Shown piece by piece: positions 37,113 to 47,600 of a stretch of 64,000 nt of DNA. A program made the position numbers and the translations under genes. The notes beneath the pieces were generated by a model. The model saw only the letters and a list, made by a program, of their open reading frames with translations, was not told where the DNA came from and did not search any database. This stretch comes from an uncultured virus (IMG/VR IMGVR_UViG_3300032893_002794) (taxonomy: Duplodnaviria > Heunggongvirae > Uroviricota > Caudoviricetes). The stretch lies in IMG/VR virus record IMGVR_UViG_3300032893_002794. One strand, 5' to 3'. Position 1 is the stretch's first letter; every line of letters starts with the position of its first letter.

Positions 37113-37598
37113 TTATGAGAAGAGGGGTGATCGAGTCTTGCTCAGGTACCGGTGCAGTCGGGCAGCGTCTCCTGCCATTGTCTTACCGTGTGCAAGGAAG
37201 CGCAGGCGATTCTGGGCCTGAACGGGGAAGTGGTCCCTGTAGATCCCGGAAACGAGCGGCCCGTGGTCGCCGAACAGCGAGCGGCAGCGCGTGACGAGGT
37301 CCTGCCAGGCGTCGTCGAGTCGCCGGGCGAGCTCGTCGAAGTAGTCGGCGCGCTGGGCGTGGGCCGACTTCGACGTCGGGATGCCGAGCTGGTGGGCGTA
37401 GCGGACTGCGGCCTGCGGCACCCGCAGGATGGTGACAGGATTGTTGTACTTCGGCATGTGCAGGCGGCGAGCGTAGGACAAGTCGCCGAGCAGCACAGAC
37501 GCGAAGGCGTCCAGCTCGTCTCCCGAGCTGAAGTTGCGGAACTGCTTGTAGTGTCTCTCCAGCTCGTCGTCGAATGCAAGTTGGCTCTCGCTGAACAT
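37113..37598 (-). CDS. hypothetical protein
   Basis: GGAGGAG RBS. Confidence 0.65.
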   Translation of the reverse strand: MFSESQLAFDDELERHYKQFRNFSSGDELDAFASVLLGDLSYARRLHMPKYNNPVTILRVPQAAVRYAHQLGIPTSKSAHAQRADYFDELARRLDDAWQDLVTRCRSLFGDHGPLVSGIYRDHFPVQAQNRLRFLAHGKTMAGDAARLHRYLSKTRSPLFS

Positions 37599-37611
37599 GT
37601 GATCTCCTCCT

Positions 37612-38427
37612 CTAAGCGACGAGGCCCGCGGCCCGAGCGAACGGTGCCAAGGTCTCGTTGTGGCTCATGGTCTCGACTGCGATGATTGCCGTCTGGTTAG
37701 AGTCGGCGAGCTCGGCGATCATCTTGTCTATGAACTCGAGCTTGGAGTCCAAGATCTCAGCAGCACTTGACCACGCCTCGAGGCGCTGGGTGATCTCGTT
37801 GGTGGTCAGCGGCTCTCCGCTCAGGCCGGCGGCGCCGAGCAGCGTTTGCCGCAGTTTCGTCTCGAGCTCGAGCTGGTCTCGGCTCTTGGCGGCCTTCATG
37901 GCGAGCTCGGACACCTTTTTCCTGCTTTGCTCGAGGTCGCGCGCGGCAGCCTGGGCACTGTTCTCAGCGACCTTGACGGTAGCGTCCACCACCTTTGGCG
38001 CGTTCTCGGCGACGAATGCGTCGTACTTCTTGCTCCCGCGCCTGATCTTGAGTCTCTTCAGTGCCTGCTGCACTTCCCGTGCGATTCCACCCAAGTCGAC
38101 CGCGCGGTAGCCGCCAGAGACGTATACGCTGTGGGCGTTGTCGAACGGGTAGGGGAGGGGATGGAAGTACCCGGTCCCGAGTCCGAACCACATCTTGTCC
38201 CACATGCGCACGAGCTCCTCGAAGGAGATCGTCTCCTTGTCGAAGATGTCGGCGAGCGAGGCGAGCGGGTCGTGGTGCTTGTCGCTGAAGTACTGCCAGG
38301 GCAGGTCGAAGCCGAGCTCGCGAGCGACGGCGGAGAGCCCGCGCACGAGGCCCGTGTAGGCGTGCACTTCTTTGTTCTGCCTGTAGGCCTCGTGGGCGGC
38401 GTCGTACATGAGCCTGGTGTAGTTCAT
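37612..38427 (-). CDS. hypothetical protein (coiled-coil C-terminus)
   Basis: 271 aa, GAGGAG RBS. Confidence 0.7.
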   Translation of the reverse strand: MNYTRLMYDAAHEAYRQNKEVHAYTGLVRGLSAVARELGFDLPWQYFSDKHHDPLASLADIFDKETISFEELVRMWDKMWFGLGTGYFHPLPYPFDNAHSVYVSGGYRAVDLGGIAREVQQALKRLKIRRGSKKYDAFVAENAPKVVDATVKVAENSAQAAARDLEQSRKKVSELAMKAAKSRDQLELETKLRQTLLGAAGLSGEPLTTNEITQRLEAWSSAAEILDSKLEFIDKMIAELADSNQTAIIAVETMSHNETLAPFARAAGLVA

Positions 38428-38434
38428 GATCTCC

Positions 38435-38740
38435 TCACATCCTTCCGATTTGCTCCCCGAGCAGAGCGGCTATCTTCTTACCGTCGCGGAGACGCGTATT
38501 GAAACGTATTAGTTTGGGGACGGCCTCGAGGGGAGGCGTGCCCATCGGCTGCAGCGGCGAGCCGTCGGAGGAGATCTCGACTAGGATGTTGACTGCGTCG
38601 TCTACGAGAACTCGAACCAGTGAGTCGGTTCGCGTGAGGACGATCATCCAGGAGGGAAGATCTCCTGACAACGTCCATGCACCGGGCAGGTGCTCTCCGA
38701 TCTGAGATCCTAGCTCTTGAAGTTTTTTCCAGCTGGGCAT
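38435..38740 (-). CDS. hypothetical protein
   Basis: GAGGA RBS. Confidence 0.55.
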   Translation of the reverse strand: MPSWKKLQELGSQIGEHLPGAWTLSGDLPSWMIVLTRTDSLVRVLVDDAVNILVEISSDGSPLQPMGTPPLEAVPKLIRFNTRLRDGKKIAALLGEQIGRM

Positions 38741-38753
38741 CGGTCGGTGGTCC

Positions 38754-39689
38754 TCATTTGGGGTAGGCGTCCGGCACTGCGATTACGACGCTCGGGGCCC
38801 TCGGGCTCGCGAGCCAGGCGATGCCGAGGTAGGCCGCGCCGGCGGCTGCGAGCAGCCACAGTGACAGCCCCGCGGCGTCCCGGGGCAGGTTGCGGGCGTC
38901 GTCCTTGAGCTCGGCTCTGGCGGTGGCCGCGACCTCGCGGACGCCGGCCAGGCCGGCGGCCTCGACCAAAATCTTGGACAGGCGGCGCATGAACTCGTCG
39001 TACGCCGGGTCGCCCGGCGAGTAGGTCCTCGAGGAGAGGCGCGAGCGTCCGTAGATGTCGGCCGCCCGGCGGGCGTCCTCTACGGCTGCTTCGAGGGCGC
39101 GGTGGTCCTTGGAGAGCAGCCAGTCGGACCACGTCATGTTAGCGTCGAGCATCTTCTCGCCGCAGCGGGTGCCAGCCAGGAGGCGCGACTGCATCTCGGA
39201 GGCCGTGAGCTTCTTGGGGGTGCTGCGCAACACCTCGAGTAGCTCGCCTGCATAGGGCACGGGAACGGGTGACATGCCCCGCCTGGCGAAGTGGTCGTAG
39301 AGGCGCTTCGACTCATTGAGGAGGTCGTCGAAGGTCCGCTTGTTCAACTTCAGCATGGTGTTGAAGTGTCCTGGCATCACCATGTCTCCGTAGAAGGGGC
39401 GCCACCTCGACATGAAGTCTTCCCAGGCGCGCTGGTCGGCGGCCGACAAGATCTTGTCGCCGTGCAGCCGCCTGGCGGTGAGCACGCTGCGGTCGATTCC
39501 GTCGACCCACCTCTTCGCGGCGTCGAGCTCGGAGTAGGAGATCTCGTAGACCTGGAATCCGGACGCGGACGGCGGCTCCGGGTAGAACATGTCGCCCACG
39601 GCGACCCACTCGATCGACCCGCGGGGCGGCGGCGACCCGCGGCCGAAGTCGCGGCCGGACCTGCTCCAGCTCGAGAGGTTGAACGCCAT
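38754..39689 (-). CDS. membrane-anchored hypothetical protein
   Basis: TGATG overlap start; C-terminal TM helix (LWLLAAAGAAYLGIAWL). Confidence 0.65.
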   Translation of the reverse strand: MAFNLSSWSRSGRDFGRGSPPPRGSIEWVAVGDMFYPEPPSASGFQVYEISYSELDAAKRWVDGIDRSVLTARRLHGDKILSAADQRAWEDFMSRWRPFYGDMVMPGHFNTMLKLNKRTFDDLLNESKRLYDHFARRGMSPVPVPYAGELLEVLRSTPKKLTASEMQSRLLAGTRCGEKMLDANMTWSDWLLSKDHRALEAAVEDARRAADIYGRSRLSSRTYSPGDPAYDEFMRRLSKILVEAAGLAGVREVAATARAELKDDARNLPRDAAGLSLWLLAAAGAAYLGIAWLASPRAPSVVIAVPDAYPK

Positions 39690-40129
39690 CACCTGATACC
39701 TGTGAAGCTGGACGCCTGGAGCCGGCGCATGATTGTGGGGTCGTTCCGGGTGGCTTCTGCTACCATGGACAAGAGCCACGCGTGCATGTGGGATGCTACG
39801 TATTCTCGCCTCTCGGTGATCGTGCGCTTCGCTGATGTGGAGTGCGCGCGGAACTTCGCGCTGCTCTCGAGTTTTTCGTCGAGTCGTCCGACTAGGTAGG
39901 AGGCCAGTCGGTCGGTGGGAGGCTCATACAAGCATTCGTTCAGGTGGCGTCTTGTCATGGTCGTGAGGCCGTCTGCTGGATACTGGAGCAGCTGCTCGCG
40001 GACCAGTTCTACGACGTAGGATGCTAACTTGGGTGCTTGCAGCAGCCACATCGAGCTCTCTATCGATTTGCGGGGAGGAGGCCTCTTGCTGAAGTCGAGG
40101 GCCTTTTGGTTGTTGAAGTAGACTGGCAT
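39689..40129 (-). CDS. hypothetical protein
   Basis: GGAGG RBS. Confidence 0.6.
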   Translation of the reverse strand: MPVYFNNQKALDFSKRPPPRKSIESSMWLLQAPKLASYVVELVREQLLQYPADGLTTMTRRHLNECLYEPPTDRLASYLVGRLDEKLESSAKFRAHSTSAKRTITERREYVASHMHAWLLSMVAEATRNDPTIMRRLQASSFTGIR

Positions 40130-40130
40130 T

Positions 40131-40928
40131 TTACCTCCCGTGAGATCTCCCGGTGAGCTCAGCCTTCCGAGCGAGGCCGCGACGGTTAACGATGTCCTGC
40201 ATCAGGTATAGGCGATGACCGCCACGTCCGGGGGGAACGGCCCTGAAGTACAGGTAGTAGTCGTCGGGGTCCAGTCCAGCAGCGGAGAGGTCGTCGGGGG
40301 TGGCGGCGACAGCGTCGGTCACTACGACAGTGGAGCTGTCGTCGCGGACGGTTAGGGAGTCTGGAGGGTCTGCGAAGTTGAAGACGAGGTCTCCGGACTC
40401 GTCGCGCTCGACGGAGCCGGAGCGCTCGAGCTCCTCCCACTCGCGGTAGGTGCCGGGGTCCCGCAGCAGGGACAGGAGCTCGCGGCTCGACGCCTCCGGG
40501 TTGAGCGTGGCCACGACCTGGGCGAATTTTCGGGCTCGGAGCAGCTCGTCGACGTCGAAGTGGGACGGCTGCACGTACTCGAGCTCCCAACGTCCGCGCG
40601 GGTGCGACAGCACCTCTTCGTCAGCCCACAGTATCGAGCGCTCGGTGTCGTCAGGGTTGAGCTCGAACAGATCTAGGTCGGAGGCTTTCGCCCTGCGCTG
40701 GAGCTCTCGGCGGGTTCCGGAAAGGTACCGGTCGATGAGCTCGGCTTCAGGTAGGGACGAGATCGGGACGAGGGAGGTGCCGCTGCCTCCCTCCCTATAC
40801 AGGACGTACCTCTTCCCGTCGATGGTCGACCGGTAGTCAGCGTGAGTCCCGCGCCAGGCGCCCTTGAGGAGCTGGTCGCGGGTGAGCAGGTCCAGTCGGT
40901 ACCTGAGCAGCGGGGTGGTGCGCATCAT
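40131..40928 (-). CDS. hypothetical protein
   Basis: ATGA overlap start. Confidence 0.6.
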   Translation of the reverse strand: MMRTTPLLRYRLDLLTRDQLLKGAWRGTHADYRSTIDGKRYVLYREGGSGTSLVPISSLPEAELIDRYLSGTRRELQRRAKASDLDLFELNPDDTERSILWADEEVLSHPRGRWELEYVQPSHFDVDELLRARKFAQVVATLNPEASSRELLSLLRDPGTYREWEELERSGSVERDESGDLVFNFADPPDSLTVRDDSSTVVVTDAVAATPDDLSAAGLDPDDYYLYFRAVPPGRGGHRLYLMQDIVNRRGLARKAELTGRSHGR

Positions 40929-41275
40929 CTCTTCCTTCGGTGCTGAGCCTTCGGGGTGAATGGATGGCGGCCGCCCCATAGGAGGTCGTGGTAGTAGGGC
41001 TTCACGATGAAGTCCGATAGGAAGATCCTGACGGCTCCGGCGTTTTCGGAGGCGGTATACAGGTACTCCATGGCCCTCTTGATGTTGAACACGATATGGT
41101 GCTCGTCTTCGGATAGTTTCATGGTCTTCTTGTCCTCATCGAGCAGGGCTCCGCACTCTCTCCAGAGGTCAGCGCCGCCGAGATCGACGTAGATGGCCTC
41201 GAGGCGCTTCCGCATCTCGACAGTCTCGTCGATCGCTCTTCGGACCGTTGCTTCGCTTGGTATCTTGGCTGGCAT
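40925..41275 (-). CDS. hypothetical protein
   Basis: AGGAG RBS. Confidence 0.6.
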   Translation of the reverse strand: MPAKIPSEATVRRAIDETVEMRKRLEAIYVDLGGADLWRECGALLDEDKKTMKLSEDEHHIVFNIKRAMEYLYTASENAGAVRIFLSDFIVKPYYHDLLWGGRHPFTPKAQHRRKR

Positions 41276-41276
41276 C

Positions 41277-41501
41277 TCATTCTCCTGTTTTCGAGATTCG
41301 GTACATCTGTGCGACGAACACGAGACCTATGGCGGTCGACAGCAGCCCGAGCCCGGCGAGGGCGCGGCTGCCGGCCCGGCGTACGTCGTAGCGGACGTCG
41401 TCGACCTTGTCGAGGAGGCGCCTCTCCTGGCTCCGCGGTAGGACGACCGAGCCGCAGCTCCAGTCGCGCCTCGTCCTGCCGAGTATGATGTCTCTGGCCA
41501 C
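41277..41501 (-). CDS. small membrane protein with MARDIILGRTRRDWSCG leader
   Basis: shared leader; C-terminal TM helix; AAGGAG RBS. Confidence 0.7.
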   Translation of the reverse strand: MARDIILGRTRRDWSCGSVVLPRSQERRLLDKVDDVRYDVRRAGSRALAGLGLLSTAIGLVFVAQMYRISKTGE

Positions 41502-41513
41502 CTGAGCTCCTTT

Positions 41514-41948
41514 TTACTTGACGAACCTGGTGTCCGGCTCCGAGCGCTCGCAGCCCGGACCCCAGAGCTCGTAGTCAGGAACCTTGATCGTGAGATCTCG
41601 TCCGCTCACGTCGTCGTCCCACCGCAGTCCTGACCCGATCGCCTCCATCCCCAGGTGGACCCCGAAGGCCTCGCGGTCCCTGGGGTAGCCCACTTGGACG
41701 GCAGCTTCGTAGAGGTCGGAGAGGCTCGCGCCGTTGAGCGCGACGATCGAGCCGGCCAGCTTTTTCGCCCACCTCCTCGCCCAGGAGGGGGTCTCGGGGG
41801 CGGCGTCGTAGTTGTCCTGACCCGAGAGGTTCCTGTCTTCACCATTTTCCGTCGCCCACCAGTTGGCGAAGGGACCGCGCGCCATCCCCTCCGAGATCTC
41901 GGGGTCGTGCTCGACTCGTCTCGTCTTTTTTGCTCGCGATCTCGGCAT
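41514..41948 (-). CDS. hypothetical protein (paralog of the 32809-33576 C-terminus)
   Basis: GMARGPFANWWA..YD..PSWARRW..LGMEA. Confidence 0.65.
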   Translation of the reverse strand: MPRSRAKKTRRVEHDPEISEGMARGPFANWWATENGEDRNLSGQDNYDAAPETPSWARRWAKKLAGSIVALNGASLSDLYEAAVQVGYPRDREAFGVHLGMEAIGSGLRWDDDVSGRDLTIKVPDYELWGPGCERSEPDTRFVK

Positions 41949-41973
41949 CTTACCCTCTCCGAAAAAATGTGTT

Positions 41974-42001
41974 TTGACTGCTGCTTCCTCAGTGGTACAA
42001 T
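41974..42001 (+). promoter_or_regulatory. sigma70-like promoter for the lone plus-strand gene
   Basis: TTGACT followed 16 nt later by TACAAT, preceded by TGG; AAGGAGG RBS downstream. Confidence 0.55.
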
Positions 42002-42030
42002 TTTATCACAATCGAAGGAGGACAGCGGCT

Positions 42031-42639
42031 GTGAAAAAGATGCTCTTCTTGGAACTAGGCAGGGGTCGCGCGAAATTCGAGCTCGGGCTCTTCGTCGTCG
42101 CGCTCTTCTTGGCTCTCGTCGGTGTCATGGTCTCGGGGTGCGATGGCAGATCGGCGGGGCCGGGCGACTCGGGAGACGCCGTGGTCGCTGACGTCGGCAG
42201 GCCCGTGTCGTGCTCGGTGCCGTCGCCTACTGGGGACCAGCCGTCTGGGTACGGCACAGCGCGCGACCTGCCGGCTACGAACCACGTGCTCGTCTCGAAC
42301 GACGTCAAGTCAGCGTGCGAGGCGTGGAAGGCTGCGTACCCTGCGTCGTATGCTTCGGGATCTGCGGGCCCCGACCCAAAGATCGTGGCGGGAGTCGACT
42401 GCTCGGACGTCTCGCACGACTTCCAGGGCAGCTCGGGGGTGCCCTGGAGCGTGGTGGCCGCCGACCCGAGCGGGGCGCCGTGCAGCGCGACTGCCGACTT
42501 CGGCAGCTGCGCGGCCGCTGGCATGGCGGAGATGCCCAGGTACCAGTCGAGTGACCCGCAGGAGAGGCTGTATGTGCGCTCGTGGGCGCTGTGCACGCCG
42601 TCTCGGGTGTTCGCTGGCTGGATGTACACGGCTAGTTGA
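42031..42639 (+). CDS. Cys-containing membrane/lipoprotein
   Basis: GTG start with AAGGAGG; hydrophobic stretch ending VSGC. Confidence 0.65.
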   Translation: MKKMLFLELGRGRAKFELGLFVVALFLALVGVMVSGCDGRSAGPGDSGDAVVADVGRPVSCSVPSPTGDQPSGYGTARDLPATNHVLVSNDVKSACEAWKAAYPASYASGSAGPDPKIVAGVDCSDVSHDFQGSSGVPWSVVAADPSGAPCSATADFGSCAAAGMAEMPRYQSSDPQERLYVRSWALCTPSRVFAGWMYTAS

Positions 42640-42645
42640 CTCTCC

Positions 42646-43560
42646 TCAGATCCCGACCTCGCAGACGAGGGCTAGGAAGGTGACTTTGTCGCCGGCTCCG
42701 TTCGACGATATCGAGACGATGCTCTCGGTGCCGACCACGTCGACGACGGGGGACGAGCTGCCGGCAGGTATCGCCACGGTGTCGAGCAGGTTGACGTTGT
42801 CGTAGAGCGTGAGGGTGAGGGCGGACGATACGGGCTGCCTCAGCACCTTGACGGACTTGGCGAAGGCTGGCAGGCAGTAGGTGGCGCCTGTCACCTGGAT
42901 GGCTACCGGAGCGCCAACTGGTGAGACGTAGAGGTAGAGGGTCTTGTACGCCTTCTGTCTTGGCTTGGTGAAGTAGGCGGCCATGGCCTTGACCAAGATC
43001 GGCTCGGGGGGGAGCTGCACGAACCCGCTCACTATGGGACCGCCTGGCCCCACGAACGCGACGCCGGCGTGCTGGGCTAGCGACTGCGGAGTGTTGCCGA
43101 GCATGGGCGTGATGTAGAGGTTGTCGTAGCGGGCGAAGGCTATGACTACTCCGGTGGGCACCGTGATGATGGTTCCGCCGTCCTGGGGCTGGGCAGCAGA
43201 TGTGGCACCCGAGAACGTCCCCGTGTATGGTCCTATGGGGACGTCGAACTCGACTCTCGTAGATCGGCCGCCGTTCCCGAACTCGACGATGCCCGTGATC
43301 GGTCCTGGCAGTCCCGGGTTCGGGTTGTCGGGCGTCCCGCCTATGATGCGCGATGCGGTCATGACGACGGAGACGGTCTGCCCGCGGGTCGAGCCGCCCT
43401 CGAGAATGATGATGCGAGGTGGGTTCGTCTGTGCTTGCGTCGTGCCGACGTTGGGCGGCGGGTTTTGGGACTGCTGCGGGACGACCGTCGCAGAGTTGCC
43501 GATGTTCTGGTCGGCGTCGTCGAGCAGCAGGCCCTTGCTGGCTGTCACGTCTCGTCCCAT
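42646..43560 (-). CDS. beta-rich putative virion structural protein
   Basis: 304 aa, G/T/V/P-rich, in the structural block. Confidence 0.6.
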   Translation of the reverse strand: MGRDVTASKGLLLDDADQNIGNSATVVPQQSQNPPPNVGTTQAQTNPPRIIILEGGSTRGQTVSVVMTASRIIGGTPDNPNPGLPGPITGIVEFGNGGRSTRVEFDVPIGPYTGTFSGATSAAQPQDGGTIITVPTGVVIAFARYDNLYITPMLGNTPQSLAQHAGVAFVGPGGPIVSGFVQLPPEPILVKAMAAYFTKPRQKAYKTLYLYVSPVGAPVAIQVTGATYCLPAFAKSVKVLRQPVSSALTLTLYDNVNLLDTVAIPAGSSSPVVDVVGTESIVSISSNGAGDKVTFLALVCEVGI

Positions 43561-43562
43561 GG

Positions 43563-43937
43563 TCAGTCTCCGTTCTCGTTAGGTCTCTCGTCTACCACGA
43601 GGCTCACTCCGACCCTGGCGGCCACGTCGCTCGACACCAAGACCCTCACGGGCTCAGTCCGCGTGACTGTGAGGTGGAGCTTGATGCCTCCCCTGTAGCG
43701 GTCGGCTGTGTCGCGGCCTGTAAGCACCGCGACCTGGCCGTGGTAGACGGTCTCGACCTCGACCCTGATCGCCGCGTGTTCGGGGTCGGTGGACAGGTAG
43801 AGGGTGGGGTCTCGCATGGGCGACGCCGGCTCGACCACGATCTCGGCCCGCTCGCCCGGCTCCACGTCGGCGTCCTGGTACTCCGCCCGGGTGCCGTCCT
43901 TGGGCACTACCCTGGGGGTGTCGTCGTCTCTCCTCAC
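43563..43937 (-). CDS. hypothetical beta-rich protein
   Basis: GGAGG RBS. Confidence 0.55.
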   Translation of the reverse strand: MRRDDDTPRVVPKDGTRAEYQDADVEPGERAEIVVEPASPMRDPTLYLSTDPEHAAIRVEVETVYHGQVAVLTGRDTADRYRGGIKLHLTVTRTEPVRVLVSSDVAARVGVSLVVDERPNENGD

Positions 43938-43941
43938 GCCG

Positions 43942-44409
43942 TCACCTCCGCCTCGGGGGCGCCTCCCTCAGGGTCTTGACCTCGGCGGACAGGGAGTCCA
44001 CGGCGATCTCCAGTCTCTTGAGTGAGGAGCTCACCTCCGCCATCGAGCTCGTGATGGAGTTGAGACGGTTCAAGCTCTCGATCTTGTCCTGCGTGTAGGC
44101 GTCCTTCTCGACGTAGAAGGCCCTGCCGAGACCTCCGACGATGGCCGACACCCCGAGGCAGATCCCCACCAAGATCGAGAGCAGCGCGAGGTAGTGGAGC
44201 CTCGGGGCCGCGGGCTCCCTCGGCGGGGCGGGAGCATCTGCGGCCACGAACCTCGCCGACTGTGGTATGGGGGTCTCGATGAGGTAGGCGCGCGACCCCG
44301 TCATGGGCTGCTCGGTGAGCGGCACGGGCGTGGCGTACGCTCCTCCCTGCTGTTCGTACGGGAGGTCGACTATCGGTATGTTCGGGACGGTCGGTTTCTT
44401 GGGGGGCAT
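43942..44409 (-). CDS. single-TM coiled-coil protein
   Basis: LALLSILVGICLGVSAIVGGL followed by heptads. Confidence 0.65.
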   Translation of the reverse strand: MPPKKPTVPNIPIVDLPYEQQGGAYATPVPLTEQPMTGSRAYLIETPIPQSARFVAADAPAPPREPAAPRLHYLALLSILVGICLGVSAIVGGLGRAFYVEKDAYTQDKIESLNRLNSITSSMAEVSSSLKRLEIAVDSLSAEVKTLREAPPRRR

Positions 44410-44423
44410 CGCTTGCCATCCTA

Positions 44424-44672
44424 CTAGACCTTTTTGTCTCTGTTGAGGGTTGCCTCAGCCTCGCGGAATCGCCTCTCCAGATCTTTTTTACCGTGCCGGC
44501 GAGCCAGCACGGAGCCGTCGGCCGCCTGGTCGTGCAGTAGGTCACCAGCATCGAGGCGGGCGGCGAGGTAACAGAGGTACCTCGCCTCCCGGCGCGCTCG
44601 TCTCGCGGGGGTGCCCGCGGCCGCCCACACGAGGCCGCTCACCGCTGCTATTCCCGCGAGGACGGCCAGCAC
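44424..44672 (-). CDS. small N-terminal TM protein
   Basis: GGAGGA RBS; hydrophobic N-terminus. Confidence 0.55.
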   Translation of the reverse strand: MLAVLAGIAAVSGLVWAAAGTPARRARREARYLCYLAARLDAGDLLHDQAADGSVLARRHGKKDLERRFREAEATLNRDKKV

Positions 44673-44684
44673 GGCGGCGTCCTC

Positions 44685-47600
44685 CTAGGACTCGACCTCG
44701 ACGCCCCGCTTGGACAAGAACTCGATCACCTTCTTGCCGACTGCCTGCCTGGTCTGCGGGGTGGCTCCTGGTCCTGCCTGCAGGTCGACGGCGCGGCCGA
44801 AGTCGCGCTTCGACATCTTCTTCTGCCCGAGGGCCTCGGAGACGTAGTCCTTGAACGTCTTGTCGGCTCCGACCGCGCTCGACGGGTCAGACAGCTTGAC
44901 CCCCTTCTCGGACAGGTACTGGTAGAGCATCTTGCCGAGGGCGATCTTCTCGTCCTTCGTGGAGGCGTCGCATGCTCGCTCCGCGACGACCTTGTTGAAG
45001 TCGGTGCGGCTCATCCGCTTCGACCGGACGGCCGACCTGAGGAGGTCGCTCGAGCTCTCGCCCGATCCAGACGAGTCGGCGTCGGCGTACGGCGAGGGCT
45101 TCGGCTCGGTCTCCGCGTACGGCGAGGGCTTCGAGGCCTTGGCCGGGGCGGCGGGAGCCGCCGGGGCAGCGGGAGCTGCCGGCGCTGCCGGCTTCGGCTG
45201 CTTCTGGGCCGAGACGGCCGACAAGAGCGACGTGGCCGAGGCGGCGAAGGCAGTGGCCGGGGCCACGAGCGGGTGTCGCCTGAACCAGTCGAACGGGGAC
45301 CACCCGAGGGTGGTCGTGACAGGCTTGACCTGTGACCGCGAGTCGATGCCCTCGCGGTAGTTGGCGAGCGGGTCTCGCGTCGAGAGCGTGAGGGCGCGGA
45401 GCGACTCCCTGACGAGCGAGACCGCTCCCGTGATCGGGGGCTGTGCCATGTCGGGCAGCGACGACAGGGGGGTGTCGCGGTCGATGGGCGGGGCCTTGGA
45501 GGCGATGTCGGCCGCCACCTTCGGCTTGCCGAGCCTCTCGGCGAGCTTGACGGCCCTCTGACCCTCGTCGGCCGTGATGGTGCCGTCGTCGGCCTTCTTC
45601 TCGAGCAGGGCGAGCTCTGACTCGGCGGCTGGTCGGTCGGCCGCGGGCATCTCGTTCACTTGCTGCAGGAGCTCCTCGCGCGCCTTGGGCTTGGAGGCGA
45701 GCGCCTTCGCGGTGACGGCCGCGGCGGCGAGGGTGACGGCTGCGGCGGTGGCCTCGGGCGAGGGGTCGGGCGAGGTGGCCGCGGTGGTGATGCGGTCGAT
45801 CTCACCCCGGGCCGTGGGATCGCCCTCGGCGGCCCTGGCCTGCAGGTTTATTGCGTCTCGCATGGCGGGCGAGACCGGTCGACCGTGCTGGATGTCGTCG
45901 ATGGTGTTCGCGGCGACGACGTTACCGGTTCTCGTGATGGCCGCGGGATCGCCCGTCTTGGCGGCCTCGAGGTCGGAGGTCAGCACCTCCTTGGCCTTCG
46001 CGTTGCCCGACTGCTTGGCGGACACGACGGCCGCGGCAGATCTGATCTGCTCGGTAGCCGCGGGTGCGCTCGCTGCGGCCATGGCCATCTCGCCGGCGGT
46101 GCGCTCGTCTCCTATCGCCTTGGCGGCGCGGGCTCCGGCCGCGAGCTCCTCGCGGGACGCCGTGCCGGCTCGCATCTTCGTCTTCACCCGCGCGACGGTG
46201 CGCCTGTCCTCCTTTTTCTGCTTTCTGCTCTTGGCGACGGCGACGGTCGTGACTATCGCCCCGGTGGCGACTGCCGCCTCGACGGCCTTGGCGATCTTGA
46301 GCCTCTTTACGGCCCGCTTGGCGTTGGGGTCGCCGTGCTTTGCCGCCACCTCGAAGACTCGAATTTGGCGGCGTGCTCTGGGATCGCCCTTCTGAGCGCG
46401 GGAGTAGAGCCGGCCGGCTTGTACCAAGTTTCGGCGCTCGCGCTTCGACGGGGCCGCGAGCCGCACCTGGCGGGCCAAAGTCATCTTCTCCACTCTGGAC
46501 TTCGCGCGCTTGTCGCCTCGCTTGGCGAGCGCGACCTGGGAGGCGACGAAGGCTCTCGATCGTTTGTCGCCCGACGCGGCCCTGCGCTCGACTTTGGCGA
46601 GCTTGCGCAGCTCGTGCTTGCGCTCCATGCGAGCGAGCTTGTTCGCCGCGCGAGCCTCGAGGCGCCGCTGGGCGGCGATCACCTTCTTCTTGCGGGCGAC
46701 GGCCGCGAGCTTTCTCGCCTCGGCCCTGCGCGCTTTTTCCCTGGCGACGACGGCGCGCCTGCCGACCTTGACGGCGGCGAGATCGGCCTTGGCCTGCGGA
46801 TCGCCCCGCTTGGACTTCGCGGTCATGACGGCGATGGCCCGCGTGGCGCGCTTGTCGCCTCCGCGAGCTCTCACGTAGAGGGAAGCGCCAGCCCGGAGCT
46901 TCTGACCGGTGGGCGAGCTCTCGGCGGCCTTCTTGATCACCTTCTCGTGCTCCTTGCCCACGAAGGCCTCCCAGCTGCCCACGAAAGATCCGGAGGTGTC
47001 GTCGCTGGTGTCGCCGGCGTCCGGGTCGGCCTCCTTCTCGGCGGTCCGCATGGCGGCCTCCTTGGCGAGGGCCTCCGCGTCGGCGGCGTCGGCCTCGGCG
47101 TCTGCGGCGGATGCGATCGACTGCTGGGCGCGCAGCTCGGCCTCGGTCTGGGCGTCGGCAGCGCGAGCTCTGGCGGCGGCTGCCGCTCTCCGCTTCGAGG
47201 CGGCGCGCATCCGGGCGAGCCTGACCTGCTCGGGAGAGGCACTCCCCCTGGAGACGATGCCCATCTTCTGGCCGGTCCACTTGAGCCCCTTGCCGATCGC
47301 CTTGGCGGGCAGCACGACTGGGGCGGCCGCGTACTTGAATGCCTCGGCGAAAGACATTCCGACGTGGTCCCCTCCCACGATCTGGCCGGACGCCCTGAGC
47401 ATCTCGAGGCTCTTCTTGGCGCGCGGGTTGCCGGCGGCGGCGAGCTTCTGGATGGCCACGAGCATCTGCTTTTCTGCGGGAGTCATGGCGGCGGACGCGG
47501 CACCGAGCACGACGGCAGATCGCAGGCTCTTCTCGCGGTCGAGACCCGTGAAGGCGCCGCGCTTGGCGCACGACCTCACGACGCCCTGGAGGTCGGCGGT

